Assembly: GCA_942490765.1 (NCBI GenBank)
Contig: CALNYM010000006.1
Coordinates: 165-64,164 of the forward strand
DNA from: an uncultured Desulfobacterales bacterium
GTDB lineage: Bacteria; Desulfobacterota; Desulfobacteria; Desulfobacterales; 4572-123
Reading direction: 5' to 3'
DNA length: 64,000 nucleotides
Of this stretch, positions 1 to 8,197 are shown one piece after another. Each line of letters opens with the position of its first letter. Position 1 is the stretch's first letter. The notes beneath the pieces were generated by a model. That model did no database searches. It worked only from the letters and a program-made list of their open reading frames with translations, and was not told the origin of the DNA. The translations under genes were made by a program, and so were the position numbers.

Positions 1-192
1 CCGGTTTTTATCAACGATAAGGTAGGCACCGATGCCTGCCACCCACTCTCCCTTGAATTTTCCGGCAAAAACGGTCCATCTTAACTGGTCGGGGTCTTTT
101 TCGTCCGCACTTTTTTCAAATACAAAAAAAGGCGCTTTTACTGGATAATCAACGGGAACAAATGTTCTGGACAGGGCCTCCTGCACAACCAT
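1..192 (-). CDS. hypothetical protein, N-terminal fragment running off the left edge
   Basis: ATG at 190-192 (minus) opens a stop-free frame to position 1: MVVQEALSRTFVPVDYPVKAPFFVFEKS...GIGAYLIVDKNR. No family recognised. Confidence 0.3.
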   Translation of the reverse strand, partial: MVVQEALSRTFVPVDYPVKAPFFVFEKSADEKDPDQLRWTVFAGKFKGEWVAGIGAYLIVDKNR

Positions 193-295
193 GGTTAAAA
201 AAACCGGCCCATCGCCCCGGAAAGAGAGGGACTGCGCGCTTACATCCTGAAAACTTGAGATCTGGTTGCTGACCAGGTTTAAACCGGTCGGTATC

Positions 296-580
296 TTAAG
301 CCGACGACCAAATACGACGGCAATACCGGGTAACGCGCCAAACCCTTAACCCCACCCGATTCGGTGCATCCTCGTGTTCAACACTTCCCACGGTCAGACT
401 GTAAAAGCCCACGACAGCACCATCTTTGCAGCAAACATAAGTCTTGGCACTTCCAGCCTTCTGGTTTACGAGAGCATAGCGTTGCAGGAACTGATTTAAG
501 GACGGTTCGCCACAGTCAAACCAATCGACTAAATCGGCCGCATCGAGTTTATGCACAGGTTTATATCCCGAGGCAGTCAA
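296..580 (-). pseudogene. GNAT-family (TacT-like) toxin, truncated or frameshifted
   Basis: The N-terminal 75 aa look like TacT-type acetyltransferase toxins (FDCGEPSLNQFLQRYA...VVGFYSLTVGSVEHEDAP). The ORF stops at 94 aa, whereas this family is about 160 aa. The expected GLARYPVLP continuation is visible in another frame. TTG start overlaps the antitoxin stop. Confidence 0.7.
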
Positions 581-855
581 TCCAGAACGCCCGGTTGGTT
601 CAGCAGCTTTTTAAGTCTGGGTTTGGTCTGCACCGGACGATCCAAAGCCTGCTGGAAAAGCTCCCATTGGGTCTTGTCCAATCCAAAATGGCGTCGATCT
701 GCCAAGGCCTGGTTGGCCATGACAATGCCCGCTTCCAACAAAAATTCGCTAACATTTTTATGGCAGGCACGTGCAGCCTCCTGCAACAATTGCTTGACCG
801 CCATACTGGCACGGACATCGATTCGTGTAGATTTCGATTCTATTGAACGCGTCAT
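577..855 (-). CDS. DUF1778 (TacA-like) RHH antitoxin
   Basis: MTRSIESKSTRIDVRASMAVKQLLQEAA... matches the DUF1778 pattern. Start moved to the ATG at 855, which has an AAGGAGGG SD 6 nt upstream. Stop overlaps the toxin start. Confidence 0.85.
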   Translation of the reverse strand: MTRSIESKSTRIDVRASMAVKQLLQEAARACHKNVSEFLLEAGIVMANQALADRRHFGLDKTQWELFQQALDRPVQTKPRLKKLLNQPGVLD

Positions 856-955
856 AAACGCCCTCCTTTCAATCATCATTCCAAGTATAATGTCCGGACG
901 ATGTTATGACAAGTAAAAATATTGTATTGGCCGATACATGGTCAGTTGGCACTTT

Positions 956-1066
956 GGGGACATTCTATACCCCCTTATGTCAACATATTTTTATTTAATG
1001 TATAATCAATAATTTATAGTTTTTTAGAAATTTAGAGCATACCTCACCGGCTGTAAATGAAAAAAG
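956..1066 (+). repeat. AT-rich S module, copy 1 (duplicated at 2089-2195)
   Basis: ggggacattctatacc...ttatgtcaacatatttttatttaatgtataatcaataa...aaaaagcgatacagcg is near-identical at both sites. Confidence 0.9.
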
Positions 1067-1335
1067 CGATACAGCGTTATTGGTTATCTGTTATTTGTTA
1101 TTGGGGAAAACGATAGGGCGTTATTTGTTATTGGTTATTTGTTATTGGGGAAACTGCAAGAAAAGATCAAAGCTGAAAGGGGACGGCAAGGACAAACGGC
1201 AATGAACTGATAATCCAGGTTATTAGTTATTGGTTATTGGGGAAAACGATAGGGCGTTACTCGTTATTGGTTATTCGGGAACTTCGGAAATACTGAAGCT
1301 TCAAGTTTGAAAGGGTTCCGGAGATTAGATGTGAA
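1067..1335 (+). repeat. GTTATYG heptad array H1 with terminal hairpin module
   Basis: Runs of contiguous direct heptads (gttattg gttatct gttattt gttattg), then cgggaac...gttccgg hairpin. Confidence 0.9.
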
Positions 1336-1534
1336 AAATTTGCCAAATGAGATTTCATGGTAGTGTGCAAAAGGGGTGGATTCGGGGTTGATTTTGCGCG
1401 TTTTTTTCGACAAAATAACCGGACACTGATATTGAATTAGCTTATATCTGGTGGCCCATAGAAAAGAAGCTCAGACCTTATCTTAGATGCTCTTACAGTT
1501 TTTTATCCTCTATCATCCGTCAAATGTGCAGCCC

Positions 1535-1813
1535 TTACCCTTTGGTTTCTCTGTAAACCTTCCGACGATGGCCAATTGTCAGAACCAAGACAACCACGTT
1601 TTTGTCCCGGATGTCGCACAACACCCTATAGTTTCCAATCCGGTACCGCCAGAAACCAGCATGGTCACCCCTCAACGGTTGCCCAAAATGCCGAGGATTT
1701 TTACACCCTTCTATCCGGTCGTTGAGCCAGTCAAGAATACGCTTTTGAACCGGTCGATCCAGTTTCCGTAATTGGCGTTCAGCAATGTCGCTGATGTCAA
1801 CTGTCCAGACCAA
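1535..1813 (-). CDS. RelE/ParE-family toxin
   Basis: 92 aa. The ...FWRYRIGNYRVLCDIRDKNVVVLVLTIGHRRKVY signature is typical of RelE/ParE. Overlaps the upstream antitoxin. TTG start. Confidence 0.85.
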   Translation of the reverse strand: MVWTVDISDIAERQLRKLDRPVQKRILDWLNDRIEGCKNPRHFGQPLRGDHAGFWRYRIGNYRVLCDIRDKNVVVLVLTIGHRRKVYRETKG

Positions 1814-2009
1814 GCTCTTCTCTCAATTGTTTCAGGGGCTTGTGGCCAAGCGTTTGCGATTGGGCTTGTTTGGCCAGTTCCAAGTCCTCGTTATCCTCCA
1901 AGTATTGCAGTATCGCTTGCCGGACTACTGCGCTGCGGTTACTACCTATATTTTTGGCGAGAAGATCCAATTCCCGCTCTATTTCTTTATCCAACCGAAT
2001 CGCAAGCAT
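1797..2009 (-). CDS. RHH (CopG/RelB-type) antitoxin
   Basis: MLAIRLDKEIERELDLLAKNIGSNRSAVVRQAILQYLED is an RHH fold pattern. ATG at 2009 has a GGAGG SD. Confidence 0.8.
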   Translation of the reverse strand: MLAIRLDKEIERELDLLAKNIGSNRSAVVRQAILQYLEDNEDLELAKQAQSQTLGHKPLKQLREELGLDS

Positions 2010-2088
2010 GGAGCGCCTCCTTTGTTTGTTATACAATGTATGACGTCAATAATGGAATGTCAATATTGATTTTAAGAATAATGTTTTC

Positions 2089-2195
2089 GGGGACATTCTA
2101 TACCTCCTTATGTCAACATATTTTTATTTAATGTATAATCAATAAGTTGTAGTTTTTAGAAATTTAAAGGAATCACCGGTTGTAGAATGGAAAAA
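2089..2195 (+). repeat. AT-rich S module, copy 2
   Basis: Hand alignment with 956-1066. Confidence 0.9.
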
Positions 2196-2285
2196 GCGAT
2201 ACAGCGTTATTGGTTATCTGTTATTGGGGAAACGTGCGAGGAGTAAAAGAGGGGGGGGGGGGGGGCGTTATTGGTTTTGGTTCGT
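2196..2285 (+). repeat. heptad array H2, interrupted by a G15 homopolymer (2251-2265)
   Basis: gcgatacagcgttattggttatctgttattgggg ... g(15) ... cgttattggttttgg. Confidence 0.85.
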
Positions 2286-2327
2286 ATGGAGTCGGGGACG
2301 GCGGTAAAGCAATGCTGATCGTTACGG

Positions 2328-2726
2328 TTAACCCAACTGGATTATCTGATTCAGACGCCTGCATACATCAGCGAAGGGCACAGCCGGCAACCTCTTGAGC
2401 GGATGCGCCCTCGCACCGCGCATACGCCAATCGAATGATTTTGGCTGGTGGCAGAGTACGTAACTGGTTTTTCCTGCCTTGCTTCGACCTTTGGCCTGCC
2501 CGATGGCAACGGCAAATGGGTTGTCGGCATTGTATTCCGCTGTAGTCATGGGCAGGCCAATGACCAGGGATGTCGTGTTGTTGAAGTTGAGAGGAGAAAG
2601 CACCAGAAATGGGTGTACATCGCGCATTTCCTGTCCTGCCTGGGGATTGCAATCGATCCAGATGATATCCTGCCGAGCCGGCACCCACGGCCGGCTGGCT
2701 TTCCCCTTTTTGCTTGTCGTTACCAC
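2328..2726 (-). CDS. mazF: MazF/PemK-family endoribonuclease toxin
   Basis: DIIWIDCNPQAGQEMRDVHPFLVLSP...LVIGLPMTT is the PemK/MazF pattern. GTG start overlaps the mazE stop. Confidence 0.9.
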   Translation of the reverse strand: MVTTSKKGKASRPWVPARQDIIWIDCNPQAGQEMRDVHPFLVLSPLNFNNTTSLVIGLPMTTAEYNADNPFAVAIGQAKGRSKAGKTSYVLCHQPKSFDWRMRGARAHPLKRLPAVPFADVCRRLNQIIQLG

Positions 2727-2971
2727 AGCTCAGCCCCAACAGCCTGACCCTGCATTACTTCGCCTCCATGCCGGGCCGGGTCAAACCGAGCCAGGCGCTG
2801 ATCCAAGGTCAGTTCAGCATCCTCTACAGGCCGGATTACGATGGTACTGTCTTCCACTGAAATGCGCACACGTTGATCGACATATAAGTGCGCTGCGCGA
2901 GCCACCGCTGCAGGCAGGCGAACACCCAAACTGTTTCCCCACTGCTTGATATCCAAGACGGCTTCGGTCAT
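2720..2971 (-). CDS. mazE: MazE/AbrB (SpoVT)-type antitoxin
   Basis: IKQWGNSLGVRLPAAVARAAHL is a swapped-hairpin AbrB motif. GAGGAGG SD. Confidence 0.85.
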   Translation of the reverse strand: MTEAVLDIKQWGNSLGVRLPAAVARAAHLYVDQRVRISVEDSTIVIRPVEDAELTLDQRLARFDPARHGGEVMQGQAVGAELW

Positions 2972-3158
2972 AATAACCTCCTCACGACGACTGTTTGATG
3001 TTTAGACATAGTTTAAACATTCAATTCCGACCCGTCAAGAAGAAAAAACGGGGATTATCCGGGTGAAATGCCTTCATGACCCTGATATATAACGTAGATA
3101 AAATTATAAGTTTCCTGAATTGGATACTGGGGGAATTTTGGGTTCATTGGATTATTGC

Positions 3159-3272
3159 TTGATAGCAAGGGCAACAGCGATACAGCGTTACTCGTTATTG
3201 GTTATTCGGGAACTGCCAGAAAAGGCTCAGAACTCAAGGCGTTCCGGAAATCGGAGAGCTGAACGTGAGATC
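3159..3272 (+). repeat. heptad array H3 with terminal hairpin module
   Basis: ttgatagcaagggcaacagcgata...gttattggttattcgggaactgcc...ggcgttccggaaatcggagagctgaa. The same module is at 4347-4460. Confidence 0.85.
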
Positions 3273-3890
3273 CGTGATGACGCCCGAAAAACCTAATTTC
3301 CAAAATTTTCCGGGACAGTCATGCACGGCGGGACGCTGTTTTACCAGTAAATGACTGAAGGATGGAGGGTTTGGCGGTTAGCAGTACTGGTTTTTGGCAT
3401 AGCCGTTAACGCAGAACGGTTTTTTATAGCTGTATTGAAAGTGGAACGCGTTTCTCTGTCCCATCCCATTTGCAAGATGCCCCAATTAAACTAAAGTTCT
3501 GAAGGAATGCGCACGGATTCGGATAAAAAAGAAGCGAACGGCTGCCCCCCCCCCGGATTACATGCCTGTAGCGGCATTGTCCATTGGTTTTATGGTATTT
3601 CGCCACCCAATTCGTTGACCCGCGGCGCGGCGAATATGCAAAAGAATTTTTATATTAAAGGGGGTCATTAAATATGCACAAGGGATTTAAGCTTACTATG
3701 GACGGGGGCAGGCCATCGGGTTGCTACGGTGCGCACTTGGGGCCCGCGCATTTCCCGGTATCCCGAGTAGGATAAGAATACTGACATGAAAATTAGTGAG
3801 GGGGTTTCGTGCGGGTGTTATCCGGAATTTTGAAAGACGATCGGATTGTCCAGAAGTTCCGGCACGGAGATCAGAATACTGCGATGAGTA

Positions 3891-4460
3891 TGGTTATTGG
3901 GGGCTGGGGGGGAAATCGTATCGGTTATTGGGCGTAAGCGTTATCGTTATCGGTTGAGGTTATTGGTACGGCGGCGAACCGAAAAAACGTTATGAGATTG
4001 TTATTGGTTAGGGGGCGCGGGCACGCGATAATCCGTTATTGGTTATTGGTTATTCGGGCTGCGGGGGCGAAACCGAAAAAACGTTATCCCGAGATTCGTT
4101 ATTGGTTAAATAGGGCGCAGGGCACGGCGATAATCCGTTATCGGTTATTGGTTATTCAGGAACTGCGTATGGGCGACGCGCCTAGACGACAGCTGAATTT
4201 TGACGTGATCGGATTGTATTGGTTGTAAGCGGAGGCGGCCCGGTAAAGCAACCAAAAACAGCGATAATCCGGGGTTATTGGTTATTCGGGAATTGGGGAA
4301 CAAAGGCGAAAACCGAAAACGTTATCCGAGATTCATTGGTTATTGGTTGATAGCAAGGGCAACAGCGATAAGCGTTACCGTTATTGGTTATTCGGGAACG
4401 CCAGGAAATGTTCAAAGCTCAAGGCGTCCAAAAGATCGGAGAGCTGAAGTCGGAGATCGT
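3891..4460 (+). repeat. large heptad array H4 (ORF-free, higher-order period about 100-135 bp)
   Basis: The gcgata(a)tccgttattggttattggttattcggg module starts at 4025, 4127, 4261 and 4365. It alternates with cgaaaaccgaaaaaacgttatccgagattcgttattggtta. Confidence 0.9.
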
Positions 4461-4554
4461 AATCAGGGCTTTAAAATGAATAGCCCCGGTTTCTTGGCAT
4501 GGAAACGATTGTATTTCCTATGATCTGTCTTTTTCCATTGCCGGCTCGGGAACT

Positions 4555-4947
4555 CTATTCGAGCAGTTGCACCACCCCTGGAATGAAACTGAAATGCCTG
4601 TCTTTTGAGAAAATTTTATAGCCGTGCTGAAAAGCAACCGCTGCGATCCAAATATCGTTTGTCGGAATGGGTGTGCCCGCAGATCTTAAATTATTGAGTA
4701 TGGCGGCGTAGAAATCAGCGGTTTCAACATCAACGGGGTGAACGACGACCCGCGGAGAATCCATGAATATATTGAGCTCTGCCCTGTTCTCTGCTTCCCG
4801 GTTGCCACCTTTGAAACCCGAATAAAGTTCCCCTGCGCTTATGGCTGAAAAACCGATCCGGTCAATTTCTCTCAAGATGTTGACAACCCGCTCATCCCCT
4901 TTCATGGCCAATGAATAAATGTTGGTGTCGATCAATACTTTACTCAT
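4555..4947 (-). CDS. vapC: PIN-domain VapC toxin
   Basis: MSKVLIDTNIY... has the PIN acidic residues (D at the N-terminus, E about 40, D near the C-terminus: IFSKDRHF). ATGA overlap with the antitoxin. Confidence 0.9.
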   Translation of the reverse strand: MSKVLIDTNIYSLAMKGDERVVNILREIDRIGFSAISAGELYSGFKGGNREAENRAELNIFMDSPRVVVHPVDVETADFYAAILNNLRSAGTPIPTNDIWIAAVAFQHGYKIFSKDRHFSFIPGVVQLLE

Positions 4948-5204
4948 TGCCAGAGCTCCGGATCAATTTGACGGCCGCTGCTTATGGAAGCATCAATGTT
5001 TTTATACTCATCCTCACTCCACCGGCCAAAAAGATCATCGAGATCATCATATTTGCGTGAAAATTTTTTTTCTTTTTTAAGTCCGAGGCTTACTTTGATG
5101 AGATCAATAATCAGGTGATTGATGCTCTTGCCCTGTTTCTTTGCGGCTGTTTTTAACTTTTCAGCAACCTCAGGGTCAACGCCTCTAATGGTTAGAGCTT
5201 TCAT
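4944..5204 (-). CDS. vapB: VapB/FitA-like RHH antitoxin
   Basis: MKALTIRGVDPEVAEKLKTAAKKQGKSINHLIIDLI is the RHH pattern. GGAGGTG SD. Confidence 0.8.
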   Translation of the reverse strand: MKALTIRGVDPEVAEKLKTAAKKQGKSINHLIIDLIKVSLGLKKEKKFSRKYDDLDDLFGRWSEDEYKNIDASISSGRQIDPELWQ

Positions 5205-5250
5205 ATCACCTCCGGCAGTTAATGCTATCGATTGACTACATTATGATATC

Positions 5251-5279
5251 ACAATATGCCATCATTCATGCTTTGTCAA
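5251..5279 (-). promoter_or_regulatory. candidate sigma70 promoter of vapBC
   Basis: On the minus strand: TTGACA (5279-5274), 17-nt spacer, TATTGT (5256-5251). A gatatc palindrome lies just downstream. Confidence 0.5.
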
Positions 5280-5309
5280 ATGCTTTGGGGGTCACCTATT
5301 AAGGGGTTG

Positions 5310-5483
5310 CTGGGAAAAAAGCGATAATCCGTTATTGGTTATTGGTTATTCGGGAGTTGGGGAACGGCGAAAACTGAAAAAACGTTATCCGAGATTCGTT
5401 ATTGGTTATTGGGGAAAACGATAAGGCGTTACTCGTTATCGGTTATTGGTTATTCGGGAACTGCAAGAAAAGGCTCAGAACGG
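5310..5483 (+). repeat. heptad array H5
   Basis: gcgataatccgttattggttattggttattcggg...cgaaaactgaaaaaacgttatccgagattcgttattgg...cgggaactgcaagaaaaggctcag. Confidence 0.9.
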
Positions 5484-5660
5484 ATATTTTTCTAAAATAG
5501 AGTTATCCACCTTATCGATTTTTTTAAGCAGTTCACCAATAACTTGAAGTCGCATGGCAATAAACAGAAGACGATGTATCTTTGGGCTAAAGACCTGAAA
5601 TGGTTTTGGGCTTTCATCGCTTAATCGGACAAGCCAAACGCCTGACAAAACGTTTAATAA

Positions 5661-6743
5661 TCAGTCCGTTTGATTCTCATCCCGGGCCATCGGTGCGGGG
5701 GAACGAACCGGCGCCGGGTAGATGTCTCTTTTTGCTGCGGCAACGGCCCTGTTTGCGATGTCTTGGACCTTCTCATACGCCTTCTCATGATTTTTTGACA
5801 GCACATCAATCTGGGCGGCCTGGGATGCGACCATCTTTTCCAGGGACTCAATCTTGCCGGTCAGCACATTTTTTTCACCGTCGAACCGGGCTTCGAGCAG
5901 GGCCTTGTCTTTTTCAAATTCCCGGGTGAGGGTCCGGGTCGTATCGTCCACGGCTTTTATCGTCGCTTTTTCAAGCCGATTCGGGAACGTTTCCACCTCT
6001 TTTTGAAGTGCCGCCATCTCCTTTTCGGAATTTTTCAAGCCGGTCTCCCGGGCGTCGAGATCAGATTCGCGCTGCTGGTGCGCCTGATCAAAGGCCTCCC
6101 GTTTTTGCATAATTTCCTTTTCAAGTGCCCTTAACCGGTCTTCAAGCTCGTTTTTCCGCTGTTCCTTCTCCCTTAAAAAAGCGTATTCGTATTCTTCCTT
6201 TTCCCGCTCCCTTGTTTTTTTGATGACATCGGCCTGTTCCTTGATGAGCCGATCATTGTCGGCTTTTTCCCTGCTCCAACGGGCATGGGTTTCATCCAGA
6301 TCTTCCTCGAAAGCAGCCTTTTTAGCTGCCATTTCGCGTTCGAACTGTTGTTTTTTTACACGATGGGCGTCAATTAAAGCAGCCAGGTCGGATGCGGCGG
6401 TTTCCACTTCATAGATGGTTTTGAGATCCGCCTGCTTTGCCTCCACGGCGGCCTGAATTTTACGATAGGTTTCCATTTCCGCTTCGAAGCGTTCGGCCAG
6501 ATCAGTCAACTCCCGGCTGATGGCACCCCGCAAATCATGAAGCCGCTGCAGGGGATCCTGGGCTGTCTGGGAATCTGCCGTGGCTGCAGCCAGTTGCTTT
6601 TCCATCTGTTTTCTGGCCTTTGCTGCGTCCAGAAGGTTTTTATCCAGATCTAAAAGCCGCTGTTTGGCTTCCTCGTAGGCTTCTACCAGCTCTTTTTTCG
6701 TGTTGGCCATTGAAACATTGGGAATATCCGATTGATTCGACAT
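5661..6743 (-). CDS. coiled-coil protein of unknown function
   Basis: 360-aa ORF, E/K/A/L/Q-rich with heptad character over almost its whole length. The ATG at 6743 has better SD spacing than the one at 6749. Confidence 0.7.
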   Translation of the reverse strand: MSNQSDIPNVSMANTKKELVEAYEEAKQRLLDLDKNLLDAAKARKQMEKQLAAATADSQTAQDPLQRLHDLRGAISRELTDLAERFEAEMETYRKIQAAVEAKQADLKTIYEVETAASDLAALIDAHRVKKQQFEREMAAKKAAFEEDLDETHARWSREKADNDRLIKEQADVIKKTREREKEEYEYAFLREKEQRKNELEDRLRALEKEIMQKREAFDQAHQQRESDLDARETGLKNSEKEMAALQKEVETFPNRLEKATIKAVDDTTRTLTREFEKDKALLEARFDGEKNVLTGKIESLEKMVASQAAQIDVLSKNHEKAYEKVQDIANRAVAAAKRDIYPAPVRSPAPMARDENQTD

Positions 6744-6831
6744 GGGCATCCTCCTTTATTTTGATCTTGGTGTACTGGCACCGGTTGAAAAAATTTTCTA
6801 GTCATGCGGGATGATTTTGATGCAGCCGGGT

Positions 6832-7944
6832 TCAGGTTGCTTTGTTTAAACCAAGGAACGCTTTAATGGCGTCGGATATCCGCCCGGCGGTTTTGCCATC
6901 CCACAGGTCCGGGACAATGCTGTTTGTCCGGTTTTCGCTGAGGACCTGCTGAACACCGGCTTCCAGGGTATCGATACGGCAAAGACGGTTGGAACCCTGT
7001 GTCACCGTCACCGGCCTTTCGGTATTGGGCCGAAGGGTAAGGCAGGGAATTCCCAGATACGTGGTTTCCTCCTGCAGACCGCCCGAATCGGTAATCACCA
7101 GCCGGCAGTTGAACACCAGGTTCATGAAACGGAGATAGTTCAACGGTTCGGTCAACTGCAGGCCCCCGGCATTTTCAAGCAGGGCCATATACCCATGGGC
7201 CTCAAGGTTTTTACGGGTTCTCGGGTGAACCGGAAACAGCAGGGGCAGGTTTTTACTGATATTGACCAGAACCCTGCATATTCGCGCCAGTATGTCGGGT
7301 GAATCCACATTGGCCGGGCGATGCAGGGTTAAAAGACCGTATTCTCCTTTTTTCAGGTTGAATTCTTTGAACGTCGCCTGTTTTTCAATGGATGGCCGCA
7401 TCATTTCCAGGGAATCGATCATAATATTGCCCACACGGACGATTTTGTCCGGATGGACACCCGCTTTTTTCAGATTTTCATCACCATCCGGCGAGGGGGT
7501 CCAGAGCAGATCGGCAATGGCATCCGTCACAATGCGGTTGATCTCTTCGGGCATGGTGCGGTCAAATGATCGCAGGCCGGCCTCCAGGTGGGCTGTTTTC
7601 ACACCCAGTTTGACAGCCGCGAGGGTCACGGACACGGTGGAGTTGACATCTCCTGCCACCACCACCAGGTCGGGGGGGCTTTCCATGAGGACCTTTTCGT
7701 AAGCGATCATGACCCGGCCGGTCTGCTCGGCATGGGTGCCGCTGCCGGCGCCCAGATGGATGTGGGGTGCCGGTAGTTTCAGGTCTTTGAAAAAAGCATC
7801 GGACATGTTCAAATCGTAGTGCTGGCCGGTGTGTACGATCATCGGGTGCGCCCACGCTTTATTTTTAAGTTCGTGATAAAGGGGGGCGATTTTCATGAAA
7901 TTGGGTCTTGCGGCGGCAATCAGATGGATGATTTTTGGGGTCAT
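6832..7944 (-). CDS. wecB: UDP-N-acetylglucosamine 2-epimerase (non-hydrolysing)
   Basis: RPNFMKIAPL...HTGQHYD...DSGGLQEE motifs. Confidence 0.9.
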   Translation of the reverse strand: MTPKIIHLIAAARPNFMKIAPLYHELKNKAWAHPMIVHTGQHYDLNMSDAFFKDLKLPAPHIHLGAGSGTHAEQTGRVMIAYEKVLMESPPDLVVVAGDVNSTVSVTLAAVKLGVKTAHLEAGLRSFDRTMPEEINRIVTDAIADLLWTPSPDGDENLKKAGVHPDKIVRVGNIMIDSLEMMRPSIEKQATFKEFNLKKGEYGLLTLHRPANVDSPDILARICRVLVNISKNLPLLFPVHPRTRKNLEAHGYMALLENAGGLQLTEPLNYLRFMNLVFNCRLVITDSGGLQEETTYLGIPCLTLRPNTERPVTVTQGSNRLCRIDTLEAGVQQVLSENRTNSIVPDLWDGKTAGRISDAIKAFLGLNKAT

Positions 7945-8197
7945 GTTTTTTTACTTTCGAGTCTCCGGGTCTGCCTGCCATCGCGAGCCTGCGCTCACTC
8001 GGGCGGGCCATTGGGTGTTGAAGCACGTCGGTTTCAAAGACAAACTGAATGTTTTATCCGGTGGATAAATTTTTTCAAGAACTGCTATATTATGTAGTGT
8101 CACGATGGCTGTCAAGACGAAATGCAACCATGGGAAATAGAAAAGCCGGCGTTTAATGTAATGATTTTAAAAGATAAACAGGTTGATGGAGAATGGA

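Noticed and set aside
3290-3880. Hidden gene, integrase remnant or ncRNA in the 600-bp ORF-free stretch of the island
   Set aside because: Six-frame reading gives only short, unrecognisable ORFs (for example 3424-3606), and no convincing structure or motif was seen. It is left unannotated.
3891-4460. CRISPR array interpretation of the periodic repeats
   Set aside because: The sequences between the repeats are themselves repeated modules. The period is irregular (102, 134 and 104 bp). The repeats are built of internal heptads. No cas genes are present.
3992-4523. ORFs 3992-4228 and 4278-4523 (IRYWLLVIR-type translations)
   Set aside because: They are translations of the heptad repeats. They are low-complexity, have no SD, and are in the same class as other repeat-derived ORFs.
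1067-5483. Canonical integron attC sites in the heptad arrays
   Set aside because: The cgggAAC...GTTccgg hairpins have the AAC/GTT triplets. However, they do not fit RYYYAAC/GTTRRRY, and at about 45 nt they are shorter than known attC sites. No intI is in the window. The idea is kept only as a hypothesis to test with a covariance model.
5497-5510. DnaA-box-like sequences (ttatccacc at about 5504; gttatccgag within the heptad modules) suggesting an origin
   Set aside because: These are single near-matches with no dnaA or dnaN, no AT-rich unwinding element and no cluster of consensus boxes.
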